Shown one piece after another: positions 1 through 10,635 of a stretch of 64,000 bases of DNA. The notes under the pieces are model-generated. The model did no database searches. It was not told where the DNA came from and saw only the letters and a list, made by a program, of their open reading frames with translations. The stretch is from contig JBLDXI010000015.1 of the NCBI GenBank assembly GCA_047495785.1, positions 4,960,001 through 5,024,000 of the forward strand, in the 5' to 3' direction. Every line of letters begins with the position of its first letter. Position 1 is the stretch's first letter. This DNA is from Lepidodermella squamata. Its lineage: Eukaryota; Animalia; Gastrotricha. The translations under genes were made by a program, and so were the position numbers.

Positions 1-1073
1 CAACGGGTGCACGCAACAACACACGACAGTAGCACGCAGATAGTGGCAAAGCCTTACTAGTGCCGAGTGCTGCGATATTAATGCAATTTACAAGTTTTAT
101 ACTCGACTCATCCCCATATGCCGACTGTCGTGTCGTCATCATCACTGCCATCTTGTATGACAACTCTACAAACCACGCCCATATCAGTGTTGTTGTAGCT
201 AAATTCACTCACTTCCAGTTTGTAATATTTTCTGTAAATAATACTCAATGCTCGGCGGCGCTATTTCGCGGATGGCAGCCGGCGAGCCGCGACGAGCACG
301 TCGATGACAAAAAAACGCCTAGCAAAATATTTTAGCGCCGCTTTTCGCCCAATGACGCTGTATTTCTAATGAAATGAGCGCCACCCCGCGCGTTTTTTTT
401 CGACTTTTATTATTTATTTAGCTTCCTTTTATACGCATTTTTATGGCTCATCGGCGGAGATAACAACGCGCTTATTTTCATTGGACGGCGCAATCGCACT
501 TTATATTATTTAGGGAAGTGTTAAAGAAATGAGTCCGCTAAACTATCCGTCTTCCATTTTTCACTCCTCAGGCCAAATGAGCAGTCATTTCGGGTCATGT
601 CGACGTCGCTCTCGCCTGTCCCAATTCAGCGTGTACTACTTTCATTCAGCCTGGCATATAAGCTAGTTGCGCCATGATTGATGATTAATTTTTAAAAACA
701 CGTAAATCGTTTGCTTTCGTATTGCGAAAGAAAAGCCTAGAGTTTACACCTCTCGGCTATTATTTATGAGCGTCGCGGAGCCGTCTTTTGCCTATTCCGG
801 CATTTTGACTGTTGTTGTCGTTATGCTATCAGCGCGACACAAATCAATGGAACTCGCCACCTCTTACTTTTGTTTTACACATTCGCCTTTCTAGAAGAAA
901 AATTGCTCCTTAATAATTTTAATATTATGTGATTAACGCCGCTTGATTCGCATGGGTTCGGACAACGCACCTACTACACTTGTTGAGTAAAATTTGCATA
1001 AAAAGTTGGCGCTTAACATTAATTAGCTCTATACCTATGACGAATAATTTTTTTATTCTACTTGTTTGTTCAG

Positions 1074-4000
1074 GTTTCAAGTGAAATGGTGAATGCAGGC
1101 GGCCGCGGTTCGAACAGCAATTTACAATCGCTAGGTTCGGCCGGTGTAAATGGCGCTCTAATGGCGCCGGCCAATGTCACCACGTCGACGGCGTCGGTGA
1201 CGATGGGAAACGGCAACACGTCAGCCTTCACGTCTCAGCACTCAGCCGGTGGCGAGTTTTTCTACTTCGACGACGACCTGCGCGACTTCTCGTCCGCCGG
1301 CGACTCGGCGGCGCAACCGGTGCCCGCTGCTGCCGAGCTCATCGCCGCCGACGTCGACGTCGAGTCGATCGAACGGCTGCTCGAGCGACTACGGCGCGCC
1401 GACATGGCGCACGGCCAGCGCCAGTCGGCCAAGCAACACGACGCCGGCAACGCGGCGGCTTTACAGGCCTTATTAATTGCTCATCGGCAACAGGGTGATC
1501 GAAATTCGTCAGCGGCGCAGCAGCACCAGGGTCTCGTGGCGACGAATAGTAACAAAACGGCGGCGCTGGCACTGTTCGGCGTCGGAGGCCAGTCGAAATC
1601 AGACTCGTGCCTTGCCGGCAGCCGGTCGTCCCCGGACACCTACGGCTTGTTATCAGGGTCGACGGGTAACGGGGAAATCGGCGTCTCCGGCCGGGAGATG
1701 TCCATGTCATGGCCGCTCAACGACTCCGCAATCGTTTTCCGCCAATACCCCCTCTTCGCCGACGACACGGCGCTGATGCTGACCTCGTCGATGCTGGCGA
1801 CGGATCAAAACGTTGCCGCAACCGTGGCCCAGGCTAAATCAGCGGCAGCAGCGGCTGGTGTCACAACGGCAGCGCTGTTACAGGCGCATCGGCGGCAGCA
1901 GCAACAACATCAGTTTCTGCTGCAACAGCAACTTCAGGGCCACGGTCAAGGCGTGACGCTGAGCACGACCGGCTCGATGACGCTCAACAGCGAGCTGATG
2001 GACGTGCTTTCGCGCAAGCACAACTATCGGCTGACTTTCGCTGGCAATGCAGCTCACCAGGGCCAGACGTCGCAACACGCCATCGGAAGATCGGGCATGC
2101 ACGACTCCCTAGCCAGTGATCGATCTCACCTGAGCCGCGGATCGGCCGCTGATTTCGCTGACTTTTACGCCGGTTCATCTGCCGCTGCAAAGGCTGCGCT
2201 TCTCAAGCGGTTGCAGGTAAGCACTCTCGTAAAAAAATCATAATGGAATAATTAAACTTGTTCAAATTAGGACGATCTCAATGCTCGCTGCGTAAATATT
2301 ACTTACGAAAAGATCAAGAACCAGCTGTTCGGGCAGAATAACATTAATACAAACACGGTTACTGTGTCCGAAGCTGTTCCGGCTGCGGGTCGCGAGTTGC
2401 CAGCGGTCGAGAATGTAAATGTCTTCCAGCCTATCGAACGCGCGCCTGCCGTGCCTTCGCACCCACCACTCAAACCAACGTCCTCGACCGGTACTCGTGC
2501 CCCTGTGGCTCTGCTAGCAGCCGGCCGGCGGAGTCGCAATACTAGTGAAAATTGCGGATCTCCAGCGACGGACAACAACTCGGCCGATGACCAAGGGGAA
2601 CAGGCGGCTGAAATGCGCAACAGCCTGCGCATTGACAGCAGCGATTTGGAGGACGAAGAGGAAGACGAGGAGGCACAGCCTTCGTCGTCCAACAAGACCG
2701 AGGTGAACAAAACCGACAGCGATGAGGTCGCAGATCGGAGCCGGAAACAGCGGCGGACGCGGCATCACGTTCGGTCGAAAACCATAGGCGCAGCTGTCGA
2801 ACAGCCGGCTGCGGCCGAAATGCGGCGGCGCACGTCGAGCGAAACGCGCAGTTCGTCGATGCCGTTGTCGTCTCAGGTCAACGCCGGCTGCATTACTGCC
2901 TGGCGGGCCCGCTCCGCAAATCAGGTGGCGAAAACCGAACAGGGCAGTGAATGCGCTCGTGAGCTGCAATTCGCTTGGCCAGTGCCGAAAGCAGCTCGGC
3001 AATCAAAGCGGCCGCAATCACGGCGGCAGACCCGGGAAGTCTCGCCAAAGACAGAGAAGAAAGCGACTCCACCGGCGAATTCGACCCGACAATCGCCAAA
3101 ACAGGGTGCTTCTGTCGATGAGGACGATGAGATGAGCGGCACTACGCGGTACCACAGCCCGAGCCCAGTCAAAACTGTGTCAGCTGCTCCTGCGAAACCG
3201 GTTCAAAGCAAAGCAGCGGCTCGGCCCGTCTCGGTGTCACCGAGCCCGTCTTCATCGTCTTCATTATGCGCCTCGGCATCTTCTTCCTCGCTTTCATGCT
3301 GCGAAGATGATGACAGGCACTGGCACCACCACTCGAGACAACGGCATCATCGACGGTGTCATCATTCGCATCGGCACCACTCCTCGCCGCCCAGCAAGGC
3401 TGCGAACCAGTGTGCCTCGTGCCAAACCATGGTGCCTAACTCATCGACCAGCGTGGCGACGGCTAATTTACCGACAGGACCTGTCGTAAATGCCGAGTCA
3501 CCCCTCCCGCCTGTTATGGGTACCAACGCGTCGCCGGGCGCTTGCTCGTCTTCGTCTTACGCGACCGTGGCCAGCCATCAGAGATCGCGCCATCCGACGC
3601 AGATCATGGCGGCGAATTTCATCCCGCCGCCGTTATCGACAGCAACTTCGTCGGCGCACCACGCTTCGCCTCAGTTGTGCCAGCACCACGGTTCTTGCCT
3701 TTGCCTCGCCTTTGCTCAAGTTTGGCACTCTGTGCTTGCGACGCACGCCGCTCAGACCGGCGGCGCCTCTTCTGTACCCAGCTCATGCGCATGCACCCAT
3801 CAGCAGCAGGCGCACCCGCTCAGCCGGTTGACGCAAAACCTGCCAAGCGCAGCTTCACCCGTCACCGCCTCACCGCCGTGTAAAGCTCGCCACAGCCACA
3901 CCGGGCATCGACACTCATGCCACCGTGGCCACCACCGGCACCGGCATCACCGCTACAGTGACGCAGGGCCGGCCGCGGAAGTACTTCGAACGATAGGCAC

Positions 4001-6590
4001 CCAGTTCCCGCCGCCGCATAGCGATTGTGCTACTCAAACGCCGCCGACGACATCGCCACAGTTGGCGGGGCGTACTAGCAGTGCCGAGAAATCGCCAGAT
4101 CGCGGCAGCCGTGGACCCGTTGCGGTTATCTTCGACCCGCAGAGTCACACCTCGTCGGACGTTACCAGCCCGCCCGATACGGCGACGACCACGGCCGGAT
4201 CGCCGCCAGTCATCAAAAGCTACTTTTTTACATTTCGCTCGATGCCGAATGTGAACTTCCTGCGCGCGCCTACTGATGCTCGGCAACAGCGGCAACAGTG
4301 GCGCCTCGACAAGGCTGGGAATGAACAGGAGGCGCAACCAGGCGATGCAGCCGACGCCAAGACGGAGGCATCCGACGCAAATGCTGTGCCATCTAAGCAG
4401 CAAAACTCGGCTAATTCGGGCATTCCTCTAAGCGCTGCGGCTATGCTCCACGGAGCCCAACCGCCCCCTCCACCTCGTCCGCCTCGTAACCACCGGCATC
4501 GCCGAGGGAGCGGCAACAACAGCGCAAACGCTCCGTCGCAACAGCAACAGCAACCGCAGCGGACGGGTGTTCATAGCAGCGGCGATTCAGGCGCAAGCTT
4601 GGCCTCGTATTCAGTCGACACCGCGTCGCTGTCTCGGTCGCCTCGTTTCACCGAAGAGGAGAGCGGGATCGCCGGCATGCATCCTAACCAGCAACAGAGC
4701 CCTCCAGGTATGTTGGTCGAACAATGCGGCCGGCGGTTGTTGCTGTTGCCTCAGAAGGCTTCCACCACCCCAGCGCCGAAAGACTCGCCAGGCGAGCAGC
4801 CGAAACCGAGTGCTGCAGCTGTTCGGCTACAACCGTGCATTGCCGAGGAGCAGCAACAAGCCACCCCAGCAGCCACCGCCCTGTTATCAGCAACAGTCGA
4901 CCTACAGTCACCCTCTTCCGCCCTCCTTCACAACCGCGTTTCGTCGTCGCCAGACGTCAAGGCGCCGCGGGAGTTGTTCACTCGCCACCAGCAGAACGCC
5001 TTCTTGTTCAACGACGACCCGACCGCCCACACGCCGTCGCCTTTCGTCAACCCAGCCCTGCGTCGCGACGAGGAACAGGCGAAAGAGCGCGTGCGTTCGC
5101 TTGGCAACGCCGTCGACGAGATCTTGCACCTGTTCGAGCCGACAACCAGCTCGGCGCCGACAGCGACGAATGCGTTCAACGCGAAACGTGCCTCGCTGCA
5201 CTACGTCGTCTACTCGGCTCTTTGCCCAAGCCTCGTGCACTTACTCAGCCACGGTTTCGCGACCGACTCTCACACGTCGCTCTTCGCCGCTGTCGTTGAG
5301 ATCATAACAACCGGCGAGGTTTCCGAGCAGTCCGTCACGCTTGTGTGCCAGGTCGCAGAAATGCGCCTGGCCGACTCGGACGACAAGAAACTGCTCGCGT
5401 TGTTCGTCGGCTTGCTCAACCTACGCTGGCTGCCTCAGTGGCTATGCGAGTTGTACCAAAACCAGGAGGGCGTGCGTCGCTTCTACGCTGAAAATGCTCT
5501 TCTCGCGGCGGCGACCAGTGGTGGCCGGGCGCTGTTCTGGGCCGCAGTCCAATCTCTGCGCCCGTTGAGCACTCTCGACCTTCAGTTGAGTTTGACCAGC
5601 GTCTTGAACCACCATGACGTCTCCAGTGGCGCTTTTCCCGCTGTAACTGCCGCGTCGACCCTGGCTTCCGCGTCGCCTCGACCGGCTGCCAGTCCTGCTC
5701 CACCCAGCCCGCATCTGCAGGCTCCGACGCCGCAACAGCGCCTGAAACACCAACTTCTATCGCCAGTCACCGCCGTGGTTGCGCCAAATGTAACGTCGCC
5801 GCAAGCTCCACTGGCGAATGCTGATGAGGTAACCATGGATGAGCTGTCCATCACGATCAAGTCACCCGTAGCGGCGGCGAAATCGGCCATCCCAACCAAG
5901 CGCCCATCTTCATCGACGGGAATCCCGTCTGCCACTACGCAGAAGAGCTCGGTGCCGAAACCGCTGCCGGCCAGTCAATTGGCGTCGCAATCGTCATCGC
6001 ATCGCAAATCGTCGCAGCACCACCAGCGCCAGGGCGAAACGGGTGAAACTGTGGAGAAAGCTCAGCCGGTCAATATCATGCCGGCGATAAGCGAGCCGAA
6101 ACCGCTTGCCGCAGCCAGCTCGACTAGCACGAGCAGTTCTGCGAATAGTGGGGTTCTTCGGCCGAGGACTAGTGGTGGTGGCGATGGTAGGCGGAGTGCG
6201 CTGCCGCCGGCGGCGCCTCCGACACCAGTATCGACACCAACACTGGGCGCGCACCCGCCTGTCACCCCGGCTACTACCCCACTCTCAGGCAACCGAGTTC
6301 GCTTGCCCTCAACGCCAATCTTTCAGCGTGGAAATTCGACGGATTCAAAGGCTAAAGCGGCAACTATGGCAGCAGCAGCAGCAACAGCAGCTGATCGCAA
6401 AACCACGGCGTCCCCGGCTTCGGTGATGGGTAACAGCAACGTGTCGACGTCTTCGCGCGCCAATCGCCAGGCCGAAGTGCCGCAATCGCTCAATAACATC
6501 ACGGCGTCTTCTTCATCTGGCTCTGCGTCGCCGTCGACTTCGCGCCGTCGCCCGCTGGCGCTGGCAACCGGCGTTGTCAAGCGCTCGTGA
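1074..6590 (+). CDS. RUN-domain protein, RUSC1/RUSC2 (iporin)-like; exons ~1074-2216 and 2271-6590; 5' end uncertain (first in-frame ATG at 1086)
   Basis: A 54-nt intron (GTAAGC at 2217 to TTAG at 2270) joins the two ORFs in frame (KRLQ|DDLNARC). The segment ~5080-5600 (LGNAVDEILHLF...LCPSLVHLLSHG...KLLALFVGLLNLRWLPQWL...FY...LRPLSTLDLQL) matches the RUSC-type RUN domain as I remember it. The rest is low-complexity S/P/Q/H sequence. Confidence 0.75.
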
Positions 6591-7496
6591 AAACGCATCT
6601 TTCGAACCACTGCGCTGTGCGCAATCTATCTACGCGTCTTCTACGTTTCAAAAACGTCTGCATCTATACAATTCTTCTCATCTCAACAGCAAAATCGGCG
6701 TGCTTTTTTTACAGAAATTCTATGTGTCGCGCTCTCTCGCAGTATTTTAATTGGTCTGTAGACGTTCCTTTCGTGACGTCACATCACCTCTCACGTGATG
6801 GCTAAAAGTTTTATCGTATTTTCTCAATCAGTGTGTTTGTTTCAATGATATGAAAAAGGAACCTGTATGGAATTATTAGAATTTTGAAACTCATACTATG
6901 TACGCGCACATCTCAACGATTTTTCACAGTATTAAAAAAATTCGAAAGCATCGGCACTCTTCATGCGTGAAGATGATGTCTGCTTTTGGAATGCGTATAG
7001 AAAAGCTAGCCTTGAGAATCTGTGCCCATCATCATCGACCGAGATAATACTCGCGATACATATTAATTTCGATTTCGGAGCGATGATGATGTTCGGGAGA
7101 GACTGTAAAAAGTTTATTGTGAGAAATGCCTCTAGTCATCAAAAAGCTATGTGTGTATCTACTTCAAACTCGACTTGAATTAATTATTCTTTATGTTCGA
7201 TCAGTTTTATCAGTTCGCGCAGACGATGTATGCCGATTTTGTGCGACTATTTTACTATTATACCGAAAAGGTCCACTCGATCATTACATTGAATTCGATG
7301 ACAATTTTGTTTCGACTTTTAAAAATAAAATCTTACAAGTAACGTTCGTTTGTTTTCATTGATTAGCCTTTACTTATGGGTTTACGGTTGAAAAAAGAGT
7401 ACCTAGGTATGGGTCGAAAACGAGATTTTATTTTGCTAAGCACAAGAAAGATAGGTATAAAGACAGCTTATAATTAAGTGGTTGTTGAAAATTTCG

Positions 7497-7973
7497 TTAT
7501 TTAGAGCTGGCAAATTTTGTCACAGCTTTGGTGCCCTCACTGACAGCGTGCTTCGAAAGCTCTCCTGGTAGCAGCAAACGAACAGCCGTTTGGATTTCGC
7601 GAGAGCTCAACGTCGCCTTCTTGTTGTAGCTGACTAAGCGCGATGCTTCGTTTGCGATTCGCTCGAAAATGTCATTGACAAACTTACAAAACACAACAAT
7701 GAAAAGTGAACGGGTGAAATTGGGAGCAAAGAACCGAATTCATTATCGCCATAGCTTTTCCTGATATTCCAATCTCGGGGTGAACTTGCTTCAGGACCTG
7801 AGAAAAGAAAAAGTGAAAGACATTGATAGAGCTTTCGCTTTACCTACCTTGAAGATGAAGCGGTTGAAAACTTCTCGATGGCGTTTACGATGGCGTTGCT
7901 TGGTGCCACTCTTACTAGTAGTGCTTTTTGCATTTTTAGAGCCTTTTGATGCAACGTTTCCCTTGGACGGCAT
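7497..7973 (-). CDS. H2B: Histone H2B, intron-containing; exons 7973-7848, 7797-7735, 7682-7497
   Basis: Spliced translation gives ...FIFK|[21 protein letters not shown]|[16 protein letters not shown]...[30 protein letters not shown], a clear H2B histone fold. AATAAA lies on the minus strand at 7427-7432. Confidence 0.95.
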
Positions 7974-8210
7974 TTTTCGATCGTTGAAAAAGTTGAAAAA
8001 TGCTGATTTTCTTCTGACGCGACGTTTTTAATCGTAAAATATCAGCACTGTTACGTTTCTGATTGTTTCGTAGACATGAATTTGATTGTTACGCAACAAT
8101 GGGCCGTATCCGCACACCCTGTTTCGATGCGTTCCTTCAAAAACCGAAAATAAACTGATCGGGTTGAAACTCCCAGGAAAGCTGCAAGCTGCTTTTTCGT
8201 CCACATTTTT
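7974..8210. promoter_or_regulatory. Probable bidirectional promoter between the divergent H2B and H2A genes
   Basis: 237 bp separate the head-to-head start codons of H2B (7973) and H2A (8211). Promoter function is inferred from this arrangement. Confidence 0.6.
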
Positions 8211-8783
8211 ATGCCTTCCGACATAATGTCCAGCCAGCCTAGGGGTGGGAAAGGAGGCAAAGCACACCAAGCCTCCGTTTCGAAGTCAAGTCGGGCTGGA
8301 CTCCAGTTTCCAGTTGGTCGGATAAGTAAGTTTTCGTTCTGTTATTGTAAGTGATATGGGCCTAATATCTATCGGCTATAATAGTTTCGAGTTAACTTTG
8401 AGTACAATTTGTTCATTTTTATTACAGCGCGATTGATGAAAAAGGGCAACTACGCCGAGAGAATCGGCTCTGGCTCTGCGGTTTACATGGCAGCTGTCAT
8501 GGAATACTTGGCCGCTGAAGTTCTCGAGTTAGCGGGCAATGCAGCGCGCGATAACAAGAAGTCACGAATCGTCCCGCGTCACATCCAATTAGCTGTGCGC
8601 AACGACGAAGAGTTGAATAAACTGCTCGCTCAGGTGACCATTGCCGAGGGCGGCGTCCTCCCTAACATCCAAACCGTCTTACTTCCCAAGAAAACGACTA
8701 CCAAGCCACCGCCAACTGGCCAAAAAGAGAAGGGCAATAAAGCTTCTACGTCAAAAGAGAAAGCAGCGAGCCAAGCGATTTAA
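8211..8783 (+). CDS. H2A: Histone H2A variant with extended C-terminal tail ending SQAI (H2A.X-like); exons 8211-8325 and 8428-8783
   Basis: [15 protein letters not shown]|[14 protein letters not shown]...[19 protein letters not shown]...[15 protein letters not shown]. Intron is GTAAGT...TTACAG. AATAAA at 8860-8865. The start could be ATG 8211 or 8226. Confidence 0.95.
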
Positions 8784-9654
8784 TGCCATCCGAAAAACTG
8801 ACTTCTACCCATTATCAAGCGACATTTGATTTTACATGAATAGCACTGATTTAACAACAAATAAAATTGTACGGAAATGAGAGGTGTTTTCATTATTTGA
8901 TGTACTACCGTAATTAGTGATGAGCAACCGTCAGTGCCGTCAAATGAGGTTGACTTAAGGCAGTGGGCATTGTGGTGACTTTGGCAAGCCAAAATTCGAT
9001 GAATTTGGCTTATCGTTAGCGTAGAGCAGAGTAGCGACCATATAGCCTGGATAAAAGGGGAATCTGTAAATGGCATGGCAGAAGTCATCGATATTATGCC
9101 GAAAAATAGATAAGGGCGTGGCAAGTGCATACACCAAATTTAGGGATCCAGCGCAAGGCTTCCCCAAAATTTGGGTTTTCGAGTTTCGCGTCTTCACTAG
9201 AGTCTCAATAATATTTTTTGCTGTCAGTTGACGAGTAATACTTCAGCCTGCAGAGCCAGTGTCGATTCCAAGTATCGGTTTTACTATTTTCCGATCTTGG
9301 AACCCAGCATCGGATGGGGAAAGATTAGTGCCAGGATGCTTAATTTTAGTGCTGGAACTTGTTCAGGCCAACGTCAACCCACTAAGCGGTACATGATTAT
9401 TTGCGGGGCCAGTGGTGTATGGTGATGAAACTGCGATGGCGTTGAAAGGCTAACCGAAAATAGAAAAATGCTGTTGAAAAAGATGATTGTGTTTCCCATG
9501 CTGAGGTGGCACTGCTTGCAAGATTTGTTCAAATGAAGTCACAAGTTTGACTCATTACGGTGATTTTATTTGTAAAAAATATTAACCACGCTTGCATCGA
9601 AGACATAATATGATGAGCACAATATTTTACTAGTTCTCCGATTCCTGTCAACTA

Positions 9655-10448
9655 TCACTTGTTATTGCCATCAGAGATTTTCTTGACTGGTCTATTCGAT
9701 TCGATTTGTTCAGGCTTTTGACTAGGCACTTTGTCGTCTGGCTCGTCAAACTGAAGCGTCGTGGCGTTGCCCAGACGCAGTTGTTCACTGAGCACTTGCA
9801 TTCTCTTCACCCTGAAAATAAATCTTCATAATAGAAATGCTTCAATAAGAATAAAATTATAACTAACGTATTAGTCCGAGGATTTGGTATATGCAGATCG
9901 AAAAGTCTGAACCGAGATGCGATAGCTGCAATTTGTTCCGGTTTCAATTTAAATTCGGTGGCCAACGCCGTAACTCTGTCTTCGGTTAGAGCAAGCGAAG
10001 ATTCTCGTCGATCAGGAGACGTCACCGCATTTTGACCAGGCTCAGTTTTGCCCTGAGCACCCGGTGGCGCGGCTCCGCTCATCGCAGGCGGCGCAACTTT
10101 CGCCAACAAATCAAGGAGTCGAGGCAGCGTGGTTTTGCCCCTAGGAACACGGCTAGGATCTGGCGGTATATAGTAGCCGAATTCCGGTTCCGAAACAGGT
10201 TCTCGCGACAATTTCGGCCGCGACTCAGCGTTGGGTGGTTCTCTCGTCGTCGGCTCAACAGAGTCGCGCAATCTAGCCTGATTAACTCGGTCAATCAGTC
10301 GTGTATCCTTTCGGTACAGCTCACTGTTCGGATCCACATCACGCTTCACCGGCTGTTTATTTTTCGGGGCGTCTAACGCTGCCTCTACACGCCGCTCAAG
10401 GTTGAAATCACGCACAGGTTTCTTCGCTCGAGCCAAAATAGCACCCAT
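9655..10448 (-). CDS. NDUFAF4: NADH dehydrogenase complex I assembly factor 4-like; exons 10448-9868 and 9811-9655
   Basis: MG...VRDFNLERRVE, KDTRLIDRV, VPRGKTTLPRLLDLL and LATEFKLKPEQIAAIASRF match NDUFAF4 motifs (RNFNLENRAE, KDEKLL, IPKGKISIVEALTLL). A GTTAGT...TTCAG intron leads into an open last exon. Confidence 0.8.
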
Positions 10449-10635
10449 TACGTAAAAAACAAAACAACACCTATATTCGAAATAATATTTAACAATTTTA
10501 TTGATACGTCGTACAGACAGACAACCCCACCACCGAGATAGATAAAGAAGTGCGGAATAATTTTATCGAAGACCCATTTATATTATATCATAAGTCGAGG
10601 AAGAAAATAATTGCTTCTTGAATAAGTTATTAGTG

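Noticed and set aside
952-990. Possible upstream coding mini-exon (MGSDNAPTTL) for the RUSC-like gene
   Set aside because: It is in frame only with a weak GTTGAG donor; the alternative donor gives a frameshift. This cannot be decided without transcripts.
1249-6610. Many overlapping antisense and alternate-frame ORFs, also seen across the other GC-rich exons
   Set aside because: They are shadows of GC-rich coding sequence with few stop codons and give Arg/Ala-rich nonsense translations.
8870-9620. Short ORFs between H2A and NDUFAF4
   Set aside because: All frames are interrupted by stops and show no recognisable motif. It may be a decayed element, but I cannot support a call.
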